Origin: Planctomycetota bacterium
GTDB lineage: Bacteria > Planctomycetota > JAJSAM01 > JAJVHW01
Reading direction: 5' to 3'
Assembly (NCBI GenBank): GCA_965248445.1
Contig: CBDFJG010000003.1
Coordinates: forward strand, 1,184,001 to 1,248,000
DNA length: 64,000 nt
Of this stretch, positions 55,265-64,000 are shown piece by piece. Within the stretch, counting starts at the first letter, position 1; each line of letters opens with the position of its first letter. The translations under genes and the position numbers were made by a program. The notes under the pieces were generated by a model. The model made no database searches. It was not told the DNA's origin and saw nothing but the letters and a program-made list of their open reading frames with translations.

Positions 55265-57940
55265 TCAGAAGTCGCGCGAGACCGAGAACGAGAGGATCTG
55301 CGTCTCGTCGCCGTCCTCTTCGCTGATCGGGACGGCGATGTCCACGGCGATCGGCTGCGTGCCGAAGCCCGGGATCTTGATGCGGATACCGAAGCCGACC
55401 GCAACGCGGAGGTCGCTGAACAGCGAGTTGTTGTCGTCGAAGGCGAGCCTCCGGCCGAGCTGCTTCTGCCTCTTGTTGCCGTTCAGCAGCCGTCGGCGGA
55501 GCCGTGCCACACGGCCCTCGTCCAGACCGTGCGACGAGTCGAGGTCATCGCGCGCGAACCCGGCGTCAATGAACACGACACCGCGCAGCATCCGCTCGTA
55601 CAGCGGGAACTGGTACTCGGCGGTGGACGTGAACAGGACGTCGCCGCCCAACGGGTCGCCTTCGTTCTCGAGGATCGACGCCGCGGTCTGTCCGAGACGG
55701 ACCCGTCGCCTGCCGGGCTTGCCGATCTCGCTGTTACGGCGACGCAGGAACGGGTCGCCCTCGCCGTGGGGGCCGGCGCCGCCGAGAGCGAAGCCGCGGA
55801 TCGAAGAGCTGCCGCCTGCGCGATACCGTTCATAGATCGGCACGAACTCGTTGTCGAACAGGTTGTTGCCGACAGACTCCGAACCGGACATCTCCTTGGC
55901 GACCGCGAACAAGCCCCCGACGGTGAACACGTGATCGCGTTCCTCGGCGTCGCGGTGCACGACCCAGTAGCGGCGCGCCTCGACCTGGTTCTTCCAGACC
56001 TGCACGTCGCTGGCGAACCCGAACTCCGTGGAGAACTCACCGAACCAACCCGACGTCGGGTCCACCGAACTGTCGAGTCGGTCGAGCCGCACGCCCAGTC
56101 GTTGCGCGATCAAGCCGAGGTCGCCCTCGGACAGGAACGCGGTCGGCGAGCTGTCGCGGTCGATGTCCTGGACGTCGTGCTCCTCGATGCGCGTGGTGCC
56201 GGAGACGCTCAGCTCTGTGTCGACCTTCTTGCCGGGGTAGCGGAAGCGGCGGCCGAGCGAGAGGTTCAGGCCGCGCCGGTCGACCTGGTAGTCGAAGCGG
56301 TTGAACTTCGTCAGGAACAGGTCCCAGCCGAAGGAGATCGGCTTGTCGAACATCCACGGCTCGGTGAACGCCACGCGATAGGAGGAGAAGTCCGAGCCGG
56401 GCGACAGGTCGAGCTTGAACGTCTGCCCTCCGCCGGTGAACGCCCGGCCGTTGAACACGTCGCCGAGGCGTTCCGGCCAGTCCTTCCAGTCGAAGTTCCG
56501 CTTCGTCAGCGTGACGCTGCCGATCAAGCCCAGGTCGCTCGACACGCCGGCCGCGAAGCGAACCTGGCCTGTGCGAACGTTGTCGTCGACCTCGAAGATC
56601 ACGTCCTTCTGGTTCGGGTCCTCGGTGGACGGGACGTCGCGAACCGTCGCTGCGACGCGCCCGAAGTACTGCAGCGAACGCAGACGACGGACGCTCTTGT
56701 CGACCTCGTTCTGGTTCAGGATGCCGTCGGGGTAGATGCTGATCTCACGCACGATCACGTCATCGCGCGTGATCGTGTTGCCGCGGATGTCGAGGCGGCG
56801 CACACGCACCTTCGACTGCTCCTCCACCTTGAACTCGAGATTCACGGTGTGTCCGACCGAGGGCAGCGTCTCGGCGGGCACGACGCGCACGGCGAAGAAC
56901 CCCTCTTCGCGGTACGCGGTCTCGAGCGCGTCGATGCTGCGCGACACGTCGCGCGCGCGGCGCCGGCGGCCGTTCTCGACGTGCAGGACCTCCATCAGCG
57001 CGCCGACGCCGCCCGGGTAGCTCGTCGAGCCCGTGATCGAGACGCTTCCGACCCGGTAGCCCGGCCCCTCGTGCACGGCGATCGTGATGTCCACGTCCTC
57101 GCGGTCCTGGGAGAAGCCCGGCCGGCCGGCCAGCTCCACCGTCGCATCGAGGAACCCCTCGGCACGGTAGAACTGCCGCAGGGTGAGCAGGTCGAGGCGC
57201 AGAGTCTCCTCGACAAACTCGTCGCTGCTGAGACCGAGCAGACCGCCGTCCCGCGTGACCATGTTCTCGCGGAGGCGGTCTTCGGTGATCGAGTCGTTGC
57301 CGACGAAGGAGATCGAATCGACCTCGACCTCCGGTCCCTCGCGCACATCGAACACGACGCGCTTGTCGCCGCCCATCTCCTCGACGCGGTTCGTGACCTC
57401 GACGAAGTGGTATCCCTTGCGCCGGTAGACGTCGCGGATGCGCCGCACGTCGTTGGCGAGCCGATAGTCGGCCAGGGGCTTGCCGGCCGACGTGGACACG
57501 ACCTCCTGGACCTCACGGAGCGCGACCTGGTCCACTCCCACGTACTCGACCTTGCGCACGATCGGGTTCTCGGTGACGAGGAAGCGGATGTGCACACCGT
57601 CCGCGACCGGCTCCTCCTCGAGTTGCACCGAGTCGAACAGCCCGTAGAGCGTGTTCACGTCCTCCTGCAGGAGCGTGCGGTCGAGCACCTCGCCGATCTT
57701 GGTCCGCAGAGACAGCCTCAGCACGTCGTCCTCGAACCGCCGGTTACCGACGAACTCGATCGACTTGATCCGCTGCTCCTGGGGGAGCGGCTGCGCGGCG
57801 GTTGCGTGCGCTGACGGCGGCTGACGCGAAGGATCCTGAGGCGCCGGGGGCATCGGAGCGTCCTGGCCGAAGGCGTGACCCTGCAGGCCGAACGCAAGGA
57901 GCAACGAAACCAGCGTGGAGACGGAGACCTTCCGAGTCAT
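55265..57940 (-). CDS. bamA: Outer membrane protein assembly factor BamA
   Basis: POTRA repeats, FTEPW, IRGF motif, C-terminal F; start ATG 57940. Confidence 0.93.
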   Translation of the reverse strand: MTRKVSVSTLVSLLLAFGLQGHAFGQDAPMPPAPQDPSRQPPSAHATAAQPLPQEQRIKSIEFVGNRRFEDDVLRLSLRTKIGEVLDRTLLQEDVNTLYGLFDSVQLEEEPVADGVHIRFLVTENPIVRKVEYVGVDQVALREVQEVVSTSAGKPLADYRLANDVRRIRDVYRRKGYHFVEVTNRVEEMGGDKRVVFDVREGPEVEVDSISFVGNDSITEDRLRENMVTRDGGLLGLSSDEFVEETLRLDLLTLRQFYRAEGFLDATVELAGRPGFSQDREDVDITIAVHEGPGYRVGSVSITGSTSYPGGVGALMEVLHVENGRRRRARDVSRSIDALETAYREEGFFAVRVVPAETLPSVGHTVNLEFKVEEQSKVRVRRLDIRGNTITRDDVIVREISIYPDGILNQNEVDKSVRRLRSLQYFGRVAATVRDVPSTEDPNQKDVIFEVDDNVRTGQVRFAAGVSSDLGLIGSVTLTKRNFDWKDWPERLGDVFNGRAFTGGGQTFKLDLSPGSDFSSYRVAFTEPWMFDKPISFGWDLFLTKFNRFDYQVDRRGLNLSLGRRFRYPGKKVDTELSVSGTTRIEEHDVQDIDRDSSPTAFLSEGDLGLIAQRLGVRLDRLDSSVDPTSGWFGEFSTEFGFASDVQVWKNQVEARRYWVVHRDAEERDHVFTVGGLFAVAKEMSGSESVGNNLFDNEFVPIYERYRAGGSSSIRGFALGGAGPHGEGDPFLRRRNSEIGKPGRRRVRLGQTAASILENEGDPLGGDVLFTSTAEYQFPLYERMLRGVVFIDAGFARDDLDSSHGLDEGRVARLRRRLLNGNKRQKQLGRRLAFDDNNSLFSDLRVAVGFGIRIKIPGFGTQPIAVDIAVPISEEDGDETQILSFSVSRDF

Positions 57941-58160
57941 GCAGCGTCCCTCCCAGGACCGGATGTGGGAACTTGCGTGGAACCGGCGTGGCGACTTCCG
58001 AAGCGCACACCGCCACACATGCCGACGCCCCAGGCACTTAGAGCGGTGTCCTGAGGCGAACCGCCGACGATAGCAGCGGGTTGCGGGCGGAGCCAGACCG
58101 GGATTCCCGCCCCGCGCTTGGTGCTCTCAGTCCGCCGCAGAGGGTAGATTCCGCCTCCCC

Positions 58161-59498
58161 ATGCAGCGCGTCCCACCCCACGACACCGAGGCCGAAGTGG
58201 CCGTGCTGGGCTCGATGCTCCTGGACCCGGAAGCTGCCGGCCGGATCGCCGCGTTCCTCAAGCCCGAGGACTTCTACCGGGGCCCCCACGGCGAGGTGTT
58301 CGGGGTCCTGCAGGAGATCTTCGACGAGAACCGCGCCATCGACGTCGTCCTCCTCCGTGAGGAGCTCGAGCGCAAGGGTCTGCTGGAGAAGGTCGGGGGC
58401 ACCAGCTTCATCTCGCGCATCGTCTCGACGGTCCCGTCGGCGGCGAACTCAGAGCACTACGGGAAGATCGTCCGCGCCGCGGCGGTGCGACGCTCGATCA
58501 TCCAGGCGTCCCACGAGATCGAGCGCGAAGCGTACGACGGCGGGCTGAAGGGCCAGGAGCTGATCGACTTCGCGGAGAGCAAGTTCTTCGAGATGGCGCG
58601 CCAGTCGGGGAGCGCCGACGCGCTGCACATCCGCGAGATTCTGAAGGAGACGTTCGGTCGCATCGACGCGATGCACAGCCAGGCGGGCAGCCTGACCGGC
58701 GTACCGACCGGTTTCTACGACCTGGACGACATGACGTCCGGACTGCAGAGCGGAGAGCTGATCGTCGTGGCCGCGCGCCCGTCGATGGGCAAGACGACGT
58801 TCGCGCTGAACCTCGCCGAGCACGCCGCGGTCGCCGAGCGGACTCCGGTCGCGATCTTCAGCCTCGAGATGTCGAAGGACTCACTCGTGCGCAACATGCT
58901 CTGCTCGCGGGCGCGGGTGGACGCGCTCAAGCTGCGCCGCGGGCTGCTGCGCGACGACGACTGGGGGCGGCTCTCCGCCGCGTCGGGGAAGCTGGGCGAG
59001 GCGCCGATCCACGTCGACGACACGCCCGGACTCTCTCCGCTGCAGCTGCGCACCAAGGCGAGGCGACTGCGTTCGCAGCACAACGTCGGGCTGATCATCG
59101 TGGACTACCTCCAGCTCATGGAGGTGGCCCACCGTCGCGACAGCAACCGGCAGGCGGAGATCAGTTACATCTCCCGCTCCATCAAGGGCCTGGCTCGCGA
59201 GTTGGAGATCCCCATCATCGCTCTGTCGCAGCTGAACCGCGCCGTCGACGCGCGCGAGGACCACCGCCCGCGCATGAGTGACCTGCGTGAGTCGGGCGCC
59301 ATCGAGCAAGACGCCGACGTCATCATGTTCCTCTACCGGCCGGCGTACTACGAGCACGACGAGCAGCGGCGGGCGGAGCTCGAGGGGCAGACCGAGGTGA
59401 TTATCGGCAAGCAGCGCAACGGGCCGACCGGCACCGTGCCGCTGACGTTCCTGGCGCAGTTCATGCGCTTCGAGAGCGCCGCTCGAATGCGGTACTGA
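58161..59498 (+). CDS. dnaB: Replicative DNA helicase
   Basis: PPHD.EAE..VLG, AARPSMGKT, IVDYLQLM, LSQLNR and SDLRESGAIEQDAD; no intein. Confidence 0.98.
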   Translation: MQRVPPHDTEAEVAVLGSMLLDPEAAGRIAAFLKPEDFYRGPHGEVFGVLQEIFDENRAIDVVLLREELERKGLLEKVGGTSFISRIVSTVPSAANSEHYGKIVRAAAVRRSIIQASHEIEREAYDGGLKGQELIDFAESKFFEMARQSGSADALHIREILKETFGRIDAMHSQAGSLTGVPTGFYDLDDMTSGLQSGELIVVAARPSMGKTTFALNLAEHAAVAERTPVAIFSLEMSKDSLVRNMLCSRARVDALKLRRGLLRDDDWGRLSAASGKLGEAPIHVDDTPGLSPLQLRTKARRLRSQHNVGLIIVDYLQLMEVAHRRDSNRQAEISYISRSIKGLARELEIPIIALSQLNRAVDAREDHRPRMSDLRESGAIEQDADVIMFLYRPAYYEHDEQRRAELEGQTEVIIGKQRNGPTGTVPLTFLAQFMRFESAARMRY

Positions 59499-59679
59499 CT
59501 GCGTCGCGTCATGCCGGTTGCTTCGCAACCGTCACGCCGCTCCTGGACAGTGTGTCTCCCTCCTACGCGGTCTCCGACCGCGACGGAGGTGGCTCGCTGC
59601 GGCGCGTCACTCGGCGCGCGGACGCGCCCCTCGTGCCGCTCCTCGCTCGCGGTTGCCACATCGTCGGATCACGGGGCTG

Positions 59680-61143
59680 CTAAGCGGGCGGCGGCAACAA
59701 CCTCCGTTTGCCGTCGGCTGACATCGTCAGGCCGTCCTTGCCGTCGGGAAACTCACGGTCCCACAGCTGGCACGTGACCTCCTTGTGCCGCTGGTCGAGC
59801 GCCTCGCAGTAGTTCGTGTAGACGCAGCGGCGGATGGCGTCGCCCCGGCCCGAGCGCATCTTGTGCCACCAGTCGGGATCGGCGAGTGACTGGCGCGCAG
59901 CGGCGACGAGGTCGGCTTCGCCGCGCGCGAGGATGCCCTCGGCCAGTTCGAACGTGTTGATGCCGCCGGCGGTGACGATCGGCGTGTCGTGGCCGTCGTC
60001 ACGGACCGCCTGCCGGACCGCCGCGGCGAGCGGCACGTTGCGTCCGAACGGGCCCGGCGCTCCGACGAACACGGTCGGCATGCACTCTAGGCCGCTCTCG
60101 CCCGTGTACGGATACACCGCCTCGCCGACGCGCGGCTGTTTGGCATCGTCAAACTTGCCTCCCTTCGAAAGGGAGAGAAAGTCCATGCCCGCGGCAGCGA
60201 AGCGACGGGCGTAGAGCACGGCGTCGTCGACCGTGGAACCGCCCGCAATCGCCTCGTCGCCCAGGTAGCGGCAACCGACGACGAACTCCGGCGGGACGGC
60301 CGCACGCACGCGCTCGTACACCTCGAGCGGCAGCCGCACGCGTCCCTCAGGAGAACCGCCGTAGCCGTCCTCGCGGTCGTTCGTCCGGGAGAGGAACGAC
60401 GCCATGGTGTACGCGTGAGCGTAGTGCAGTTCGACGCCGTCGAAGCCGGCCTGGTGCGCGCGCGTCGCCGCGGACGCGAAGAGACCGGGCAGCACCTCGG
60501 GCAACTCTCGGACGTGCGGCAGGTCCACATCCGCGACCCGTTCCCGGTAGCCCATCCGCAGCGACTCGTGCTCACGCTCGTCGAGCACGTCGCCCCACCC
60601 GGCTTCGCCTAGAGCTAGCAGAGCGTCACGCACATCGGACTCGGCGCCCCCTCGCCATCGGTCGTCGCCCGTGCGTTCGGCCAGCCCCTCGCGGTGCCGG
60701 TCCGTCACATCCAGGAAGCGCGCGAAGTACTTCGCGGGATCCGGGCGCCGTCGGATGGTCAGAAAGTCGATGATCTGGATGAACAACCGAGTCTCACCGC
60801 CCGAGCGCGTGCGCACCTCGTCGACGAGGCGTCGCAGGCCGGGCAGGAACCGGTCGTGACCGATGCGGAGCAGCGGACCGCTCGGCACATCGCGGATGCC
60901 CGTCGCCTCGACCACGAGGACACCCGGTCGGCCGGACGCGAAGCGCCCGTACCACTGGATGACGTTCTCGGTGACGTGACCGTCGTCGGTCGCACGCCAG
61001 GGCACCATCGCGGGCACCCACGTGCGCGTCCCGACCTCGCACGTCGCTCCGACGCGGATCGGACTAAACAGTTGCGACGCCGCGGCCTCGCCGGCCGTCG
61101 GCCAGCGGGTCGGAAGGATCGGATGTCGTTCTCGTGCGGCCAT
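59680..61143 (-). CDS. NADH:flavin oxidoreductase (Old Yellow Enzyme family)
   Basis: AGFDGVELHYAHAYT..SFLS..N.REDGYGGS.E.R and AARQSLADPDW. Confidence 0.9.
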   Translation of the reverse strand: MAARERHPILPTRWPTAGEAAASQLFSPIRVGATCEVGTRTWVPAMVPWRATDDGHVTENVIQWYGRFASGRPGVLVVEATGIRDVPSGPLLRIGHDRFLPGLRRLVDEVRTRSGGETRLFIQIIDFLTIRRRPDPAKYFARFLDVTDRHREGLAERTGDDRWRGGAESDVRDALLALGEAGWGDVLDEREHESLRMGYRERVADVDLPHVRELPEVLPGLFASAATRAHQAGFDGVELHYAHAYTMASFLSRTNDREDGYGGSPEGRVRLPLEVYERVRAAVPPEFVVGCRYLGDEAIAGGSTVDDAVLYARRFAAAGMDFLSLSKGGKFDDAKQPRVGEAVYPYTGESGLECMPTVFVGAPGPFGRNVPLAAAVRQAVRDDGHDTPIVTAGGINTFELAEGILARGEADLVAAARQSLADPDWWHKMRSGRGDAIRRCVYTNYCEALDQRHKEVTCQLWDREFPDGKDGLTMSADGKRRLLPPPA

Positions 61144-61224
61144 GGCATGCGCACGGCCCCGCCGCGTCGAGCGACGGGGCCGCGGTGCGTTCGACTCCCT
61201 GTCCGCGCCCCGGTCTCCCGGGAG

Positions 61225-61701
61225 CTACTTAGCGTCGTCCGCCGTCGCACCCGGAGGCGGCTGCACGACGTACAGCTTCACCGTCGACGCGACATCTTCG
61301 AACAGCTTGACCGACACCTCGTAGATGCCGAGTTCCTTGATCGGTTCCTCGAGCATGACACCGTGCTCTTCGACCGCGATGCCTTCTTTCGCAATCGCCT
61401 CGACGATCATCGCCGGTGTGACCGACCCGTAGAGCGTTCCGCCCTCGCCGGCACGTGCTTCGACGTGCACGGACGTGCCCGCCAGCGTTGCGGCCTGTGC
61501 CTCTGCCTCCTGGCGACGCTTCGCGAGCCGGACGACGACCCCCTTGAGGTGGCCCTCGGCCTGACGCTCGGCGTCCGGCGAGACCGGAGCCGCCAGCCGT
61601 CGCGGCAGCAAGAAGTTGCGTGCGAATCCGGGACGCACCTTGACGACGTCACCGGGCTGACCGAGGCCCTTGACCTCGCGGAGCAGCATGAGTTTGAGCA
61701 T
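61225..61701 (-). CDS. rplI: 50S ribosomal protein L9
   Basis: LG..GDVVKVRPGFARNFLLP, LYGSVT and PIKELG. Confidence 0.96.
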   Translation of the reverse strand: MLKLMLLREVKGLGQPGDVVKVRPGFARNFLLPRRLAAPVSPDAERQAEGHLKGVVVRLAKRRQEAEAQAATLAGTSVHVEARAGEGGTLYGSVTPAMIVEAIAKEGIAVEEHGVMLEEPIKELGIYEVSVKLFEDVASTVKLYVVQPPPGATADDAK

Positions 61702-61709
61702 CGTGCCTC

Positions 61710-61955
61710 CTAGTGCGCCACGTACGGCAACAGAGCCATGAAACGGGCGTACTTCACCGCGGTCTTGAACTGCCGCTGGTGTCGCGCGCAGTTGCCGGAG
61801 CGCTTGCGCGAGTACATCTTGCCCTGCCCGGTGGAGAGTCGGGAGAGCGTATGCACGTCCTTCCAATCCATCTGCTTGATCTTCGCGCGGCAGAACCGGC
61901 AACGGCCCTTGCCTCCGAAGCGCTTGAAACGTGGCTTGTCGTCTCTGTCGCCCAT
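61710..61955 (-). CDS. rpsR: 30S ribosomal protein S18 (Zn-binding form)
   Basis: CRFC, DWKD and GNCARHQR..AVKYARFMALLPY. Confidence 0.96.
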   Translation of the reverse strand: MGDRDDKPRFKRFGGKGRCRFCRAKIKQMDWKDVHTLSRLSTGQGKMYSRKRSGNCARHQRQFKTAVKYARFMALLPYVAH

Positions 61956-62467
61956 CAGGCACCTCCCTCTGCGGCGGCAGGCTCGGCCGGTGCAGCCGGT
62001 GCAGCCGGTGCCGCCGGTGCCGCCGGTGCCGCCGGCGTAGTCTTGACGGATGTGACGGTCCCTTCGTCGCGTTCACGCCGGCGTCCGCCGCCGCCGTACC
62101 CGCCGCCGCGCCCGCCACGCCGATCGTCGTCGTCATCCTGGATCATGCGCTTCTGCTCGATGCTCTCGGGGACCGGCACGTCGTCCGGTATCACGAGGAT
62201 CAGGAAGCGCAGAACCTCCTCGCGCAGAAGCAGGTCCGCGCGGATCTTCGCGATCGCATCCGTCGGCGCCGCGAAGTACGCGAGGTAGTACGCGCCGCGC
62301 TTCTGACGCTTGACCGCGTACGCGAGCTTGCGCTCGTCCCACTTTCCGTTCAGCCCGACCGTGGCGCCGTAGCGCTCGAGCGTCGTGTTGATCACGGCGA
62401 TCGTGTCGTCCCAGTCCTTCGCTGCCCGAGCGCTGTCGAGCAGGAACATTCCTTCGTAGTTCCGCAA
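61955..62467 (-). CDS. rpsF: 30S ribosomal protein S6 with low-complexity C-terminal tail
   Basis: RNYEGMFLL and W.ERKLAY.VK....G.YYL; GGAGG RBS before TTG 62467. Confidence 0.93.
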   Translation of the reverse strand: MRNYEGMFLLDSARAAKDWDDTIAVINTTLERYGATVGLNGKWDERKLAYAVKRQKRGAYYLAYFAAPTDAIAKIRADLLLREEVLRFLILVIPDDVPVPESIEQKRMIQDDDDDRRGGRGGGYGGGGRRRERDEGTVTSVKTTPAAPAAPAAPAAPAAPAEPAAAEGGA

Positions 62468-62527
62468 CTTATGCCTCCGTGCCGAGCGGTCACTGGGCGC
62501 CACCGGCGCCCGACCACTCCGCTTGTT

Positions 62528-63085
62528 TCAACCGTTGTGTCTGTTCGTTGCCTCTTGCGTGCCGAGCGACACCCAGTCCTCGACGCAGTTGGCTGCGCGG
62601 TCGTACGCCTCCTCGATCCGATCTCGTTCCGAAGGGCGGAAGCGCGTCAAGACGAAGCGCTCGGCCATCCCCTCAGGAGGCGTATCGATGCCGATCCGCA
62701 AGCGCGGGAATTCTTCCCCGAGCTGCCCGATCAGCGACCGCATTCCATTGTGTCCACCCGCTGAGCCGCGCGACCGAAGCCGCAACCGCGCCAGCGGAAG
62801 CTGGAAGTCATCCACGACTACCAGCAAGTCTGCGAGTTCCACCTCGCGTTCGCGCATCACTCGCTGCACTACCGGTCCGGACAGATTGACGTACGAGAGC
62901 GGCTCCAGGAGCGTGATGTCCTGGTCCCCAATGCGTCCACGCGCCACGCGCGCGTTCAGCCGCTTGTCCCGCTCGAGGGTGAGGGCGTTGCGTGCAGCGA
63001 CACGCTCGACGACCTCGTAGCCCACGTTGTGACGGGTGCCCACGTACTCGCGTCCGGGATTACCGATGCCCACGACGAGTTTCAT
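62528..63085 (-). CDS. pth: Peptidyl-tRNA hydrolase
   Basis: VGIGNPG.EY..TRHNVG, GSAGGHNG and RLRIGI. Confidence 0.97.
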   Translation of the reverse strand: MKLVVGIGNPGREYVGTRHNVGYEVVERVAARNALTLERDKRLNARVARGRIGDQDITLLEPLSYVNLSGPVVQRVMREREVELADLLVVVDDFQLPLARLRLRSRGSAGGHNGMRSLIGQLGEEFPRLRIGIDTPPEGMAERFVLTRFRPSERDRIEEAYDRAANCVEDWVSLGTQEATNRHNG

Positions 63086-63093
63086 CCGACGGG

Positions 63094-63768
63094 TTACCCG
63101 CCGCCCTCGGAGGGCTTCGCATCACCGTCAGCAGCGTCACCGGCAGCGGCAGCGGCGGCCGCAGCCTCGAGCGCCTCTGCAGCCGCCGCGTCCTCGGCAG
63201 CCTGCTCGTCGGCGGTGAGACCGCGCGGGACGGAGACGGTCACCATCGTGGCCGTGGGCTCATCTGCCAGCGAGACGTTCTCCGGCAGAGGAATGTCACT
63301 GGCGTGCAGCGACTCGCCGAGCGCCAATCCCGACAACTCGACCTCGAACTGGTCCGGGATGTTGCGCGGCAAGCAGCGCACTTGCAGATTGTCGCGCTGC
63401 ACCACCAGGATACCGCCCTCGTTGACTCCGGCCGGCGTCCCGCGGAACTCGATCGGAACGCCGATCGTCAGCTCGTGATCCGGGTGCAAGCGTACGAAGT
63501 CGGCGTGCAGGACCTTGCGGCCGAGCGCGTCGTACTGCACGTCCTTGAGCAGCACGCGCGAGGCGCCGACTCCCTCCATGTCGAGGTCGATGACACGCGC
63601 GCCGCGTTCCAGCGCGAGAACGAACTCGCGTGTCTCCACCGCGACGTGCCGCGGGGGGCGTCCCTCGCCGTACACGACCCCCGGCACGTGCTCGCCACGC
63701 CGCATGCGGCGGGCGCCGCGCGTGCCGGACGGCTCGCGGGGCTTGGCGCTCAAGTTCACGACCTTCAT
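63094..63768 (-). CDS. rplY: 50S ribosomal protein L25/Ctc
   Basis: ARRMRR..VPGVVYG, LHADF and G...GG.L. Confidence 0.95.
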   Translation of the reverse strand: MKVVNLSAKPREPSGTRGARRMRRGEHVPGVVYGEGRPPRHVAVETREFVLALERGARVIDLDMEGVGASRVLLKDVQYDALGRKVLHADFVRLHPDHELTIGVPIEFRGTPAGVNEGGILVVQRDNLQVRCLPRNIPDQFEVELSGLALGESLHASDIPLPENVSLADEPTATMVTVSVPRGLTADEQAAEDAAAAEALEAAAAAAAAGDAADGDAKPSEGGG

Positions 63769-63843
63769 CTCTCTTGCCTTTCTGCGGGCGTGTCCGGGGC
63801 GTCCGCATCCCCCATTGGGTTCTGGTTCTCTTGGGTTGTTGAT

Positions 63844-64000
63844 CTACTGCGGGAAGAGCTTCGACACCGAGCGGCCCTGGTGGATGCGAAGGATCGCGTC
63901 ACCGAGCAGGTTGCCGCAGGACAGGACCGTCACGCCGGCCGGAGCAGTCGCTCCCAGCGGGATCGTGTCGGTCACCACGATGGAGTCGATCGGAGCCGCC
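63844..64000 (-). CDS. prs: Ribose-phosphate pyrophosphokinase, C-terminal part (partial)
   Basis: IDSIVVTDTIP...VLSCGNLLGDAILRIHQGRSVSKLF*; upstream of rplY. Confidence 0.92.
   Translation of the reverse strand, partial: AAPIDSIVVTDTIPLGATAPAGVTVLSCGNLLGDAILRIHQGRSVSKLFPQ

Noticed and set aside
61985..62037. 9-bp tandem repeat in rpsF
   Set aside because: It encodes a PAA low-complexity tail like those on rpsB and rplY; no sign of a separate element.
1..64000. CRISPR array, cas genes or integron cassette array
   Set aside because: I saw no regularly spaced repeat-spacer series, cas motifs or attC array; the repeats found are IS ends or short tandem repeats.

Overview
GC-rich (roughly 70% by eye) bacterial chromosome segment. 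Gene order and content (prs-rplY-pth-rpsF-rpsR-rplI, dnaB, bamA-ompH-lpxC/fabZ-lpxA, short EF-Ts, HEAT-repeat and DUF2924 proteins) suggest a Planctomycetota-like diderm; this is inference. The left half (1-33 kb) is a heavily rearranged accessory region. It holds three IS3-family elements, an IS1182/IS5-like element, two inverted near-identical IS1380 copies, an IS256, two IS66 elements, a complete group II intron, remnants of at least two prophages or integrative elements (two unrelated TerL fragments, a tail-completion fragment, an integrase/xis module), a disarmed AbiE toxin-antitoxin pair, a block of host genes and a lower-GC operon for a secreted Cys-rich protein. The right half (33-64 kb) has a lipid-linked glycosylation operon, tRNA-Glu, rpsB-tsf-pyrH-frr, glycan-modifying enzymes, lipid A and outer-membrane genes, dnaB and ribosomal protein genes. 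The best-supported unusual signal is a group II intron inserted exactly one base from the tip of an IS3 terminal inverted repeat, with an EBS1 loop (GGAGTT) complementary to the IR terminus (AACTCC), i.e. a retroelement apparently programmed to home into IS ends. The second candidate system is a translationally coupled operon encoding a secreted protein with two 6-Cys modules, two distant paralogous exported proteins and a MauE/DoxX-like membrane protein.
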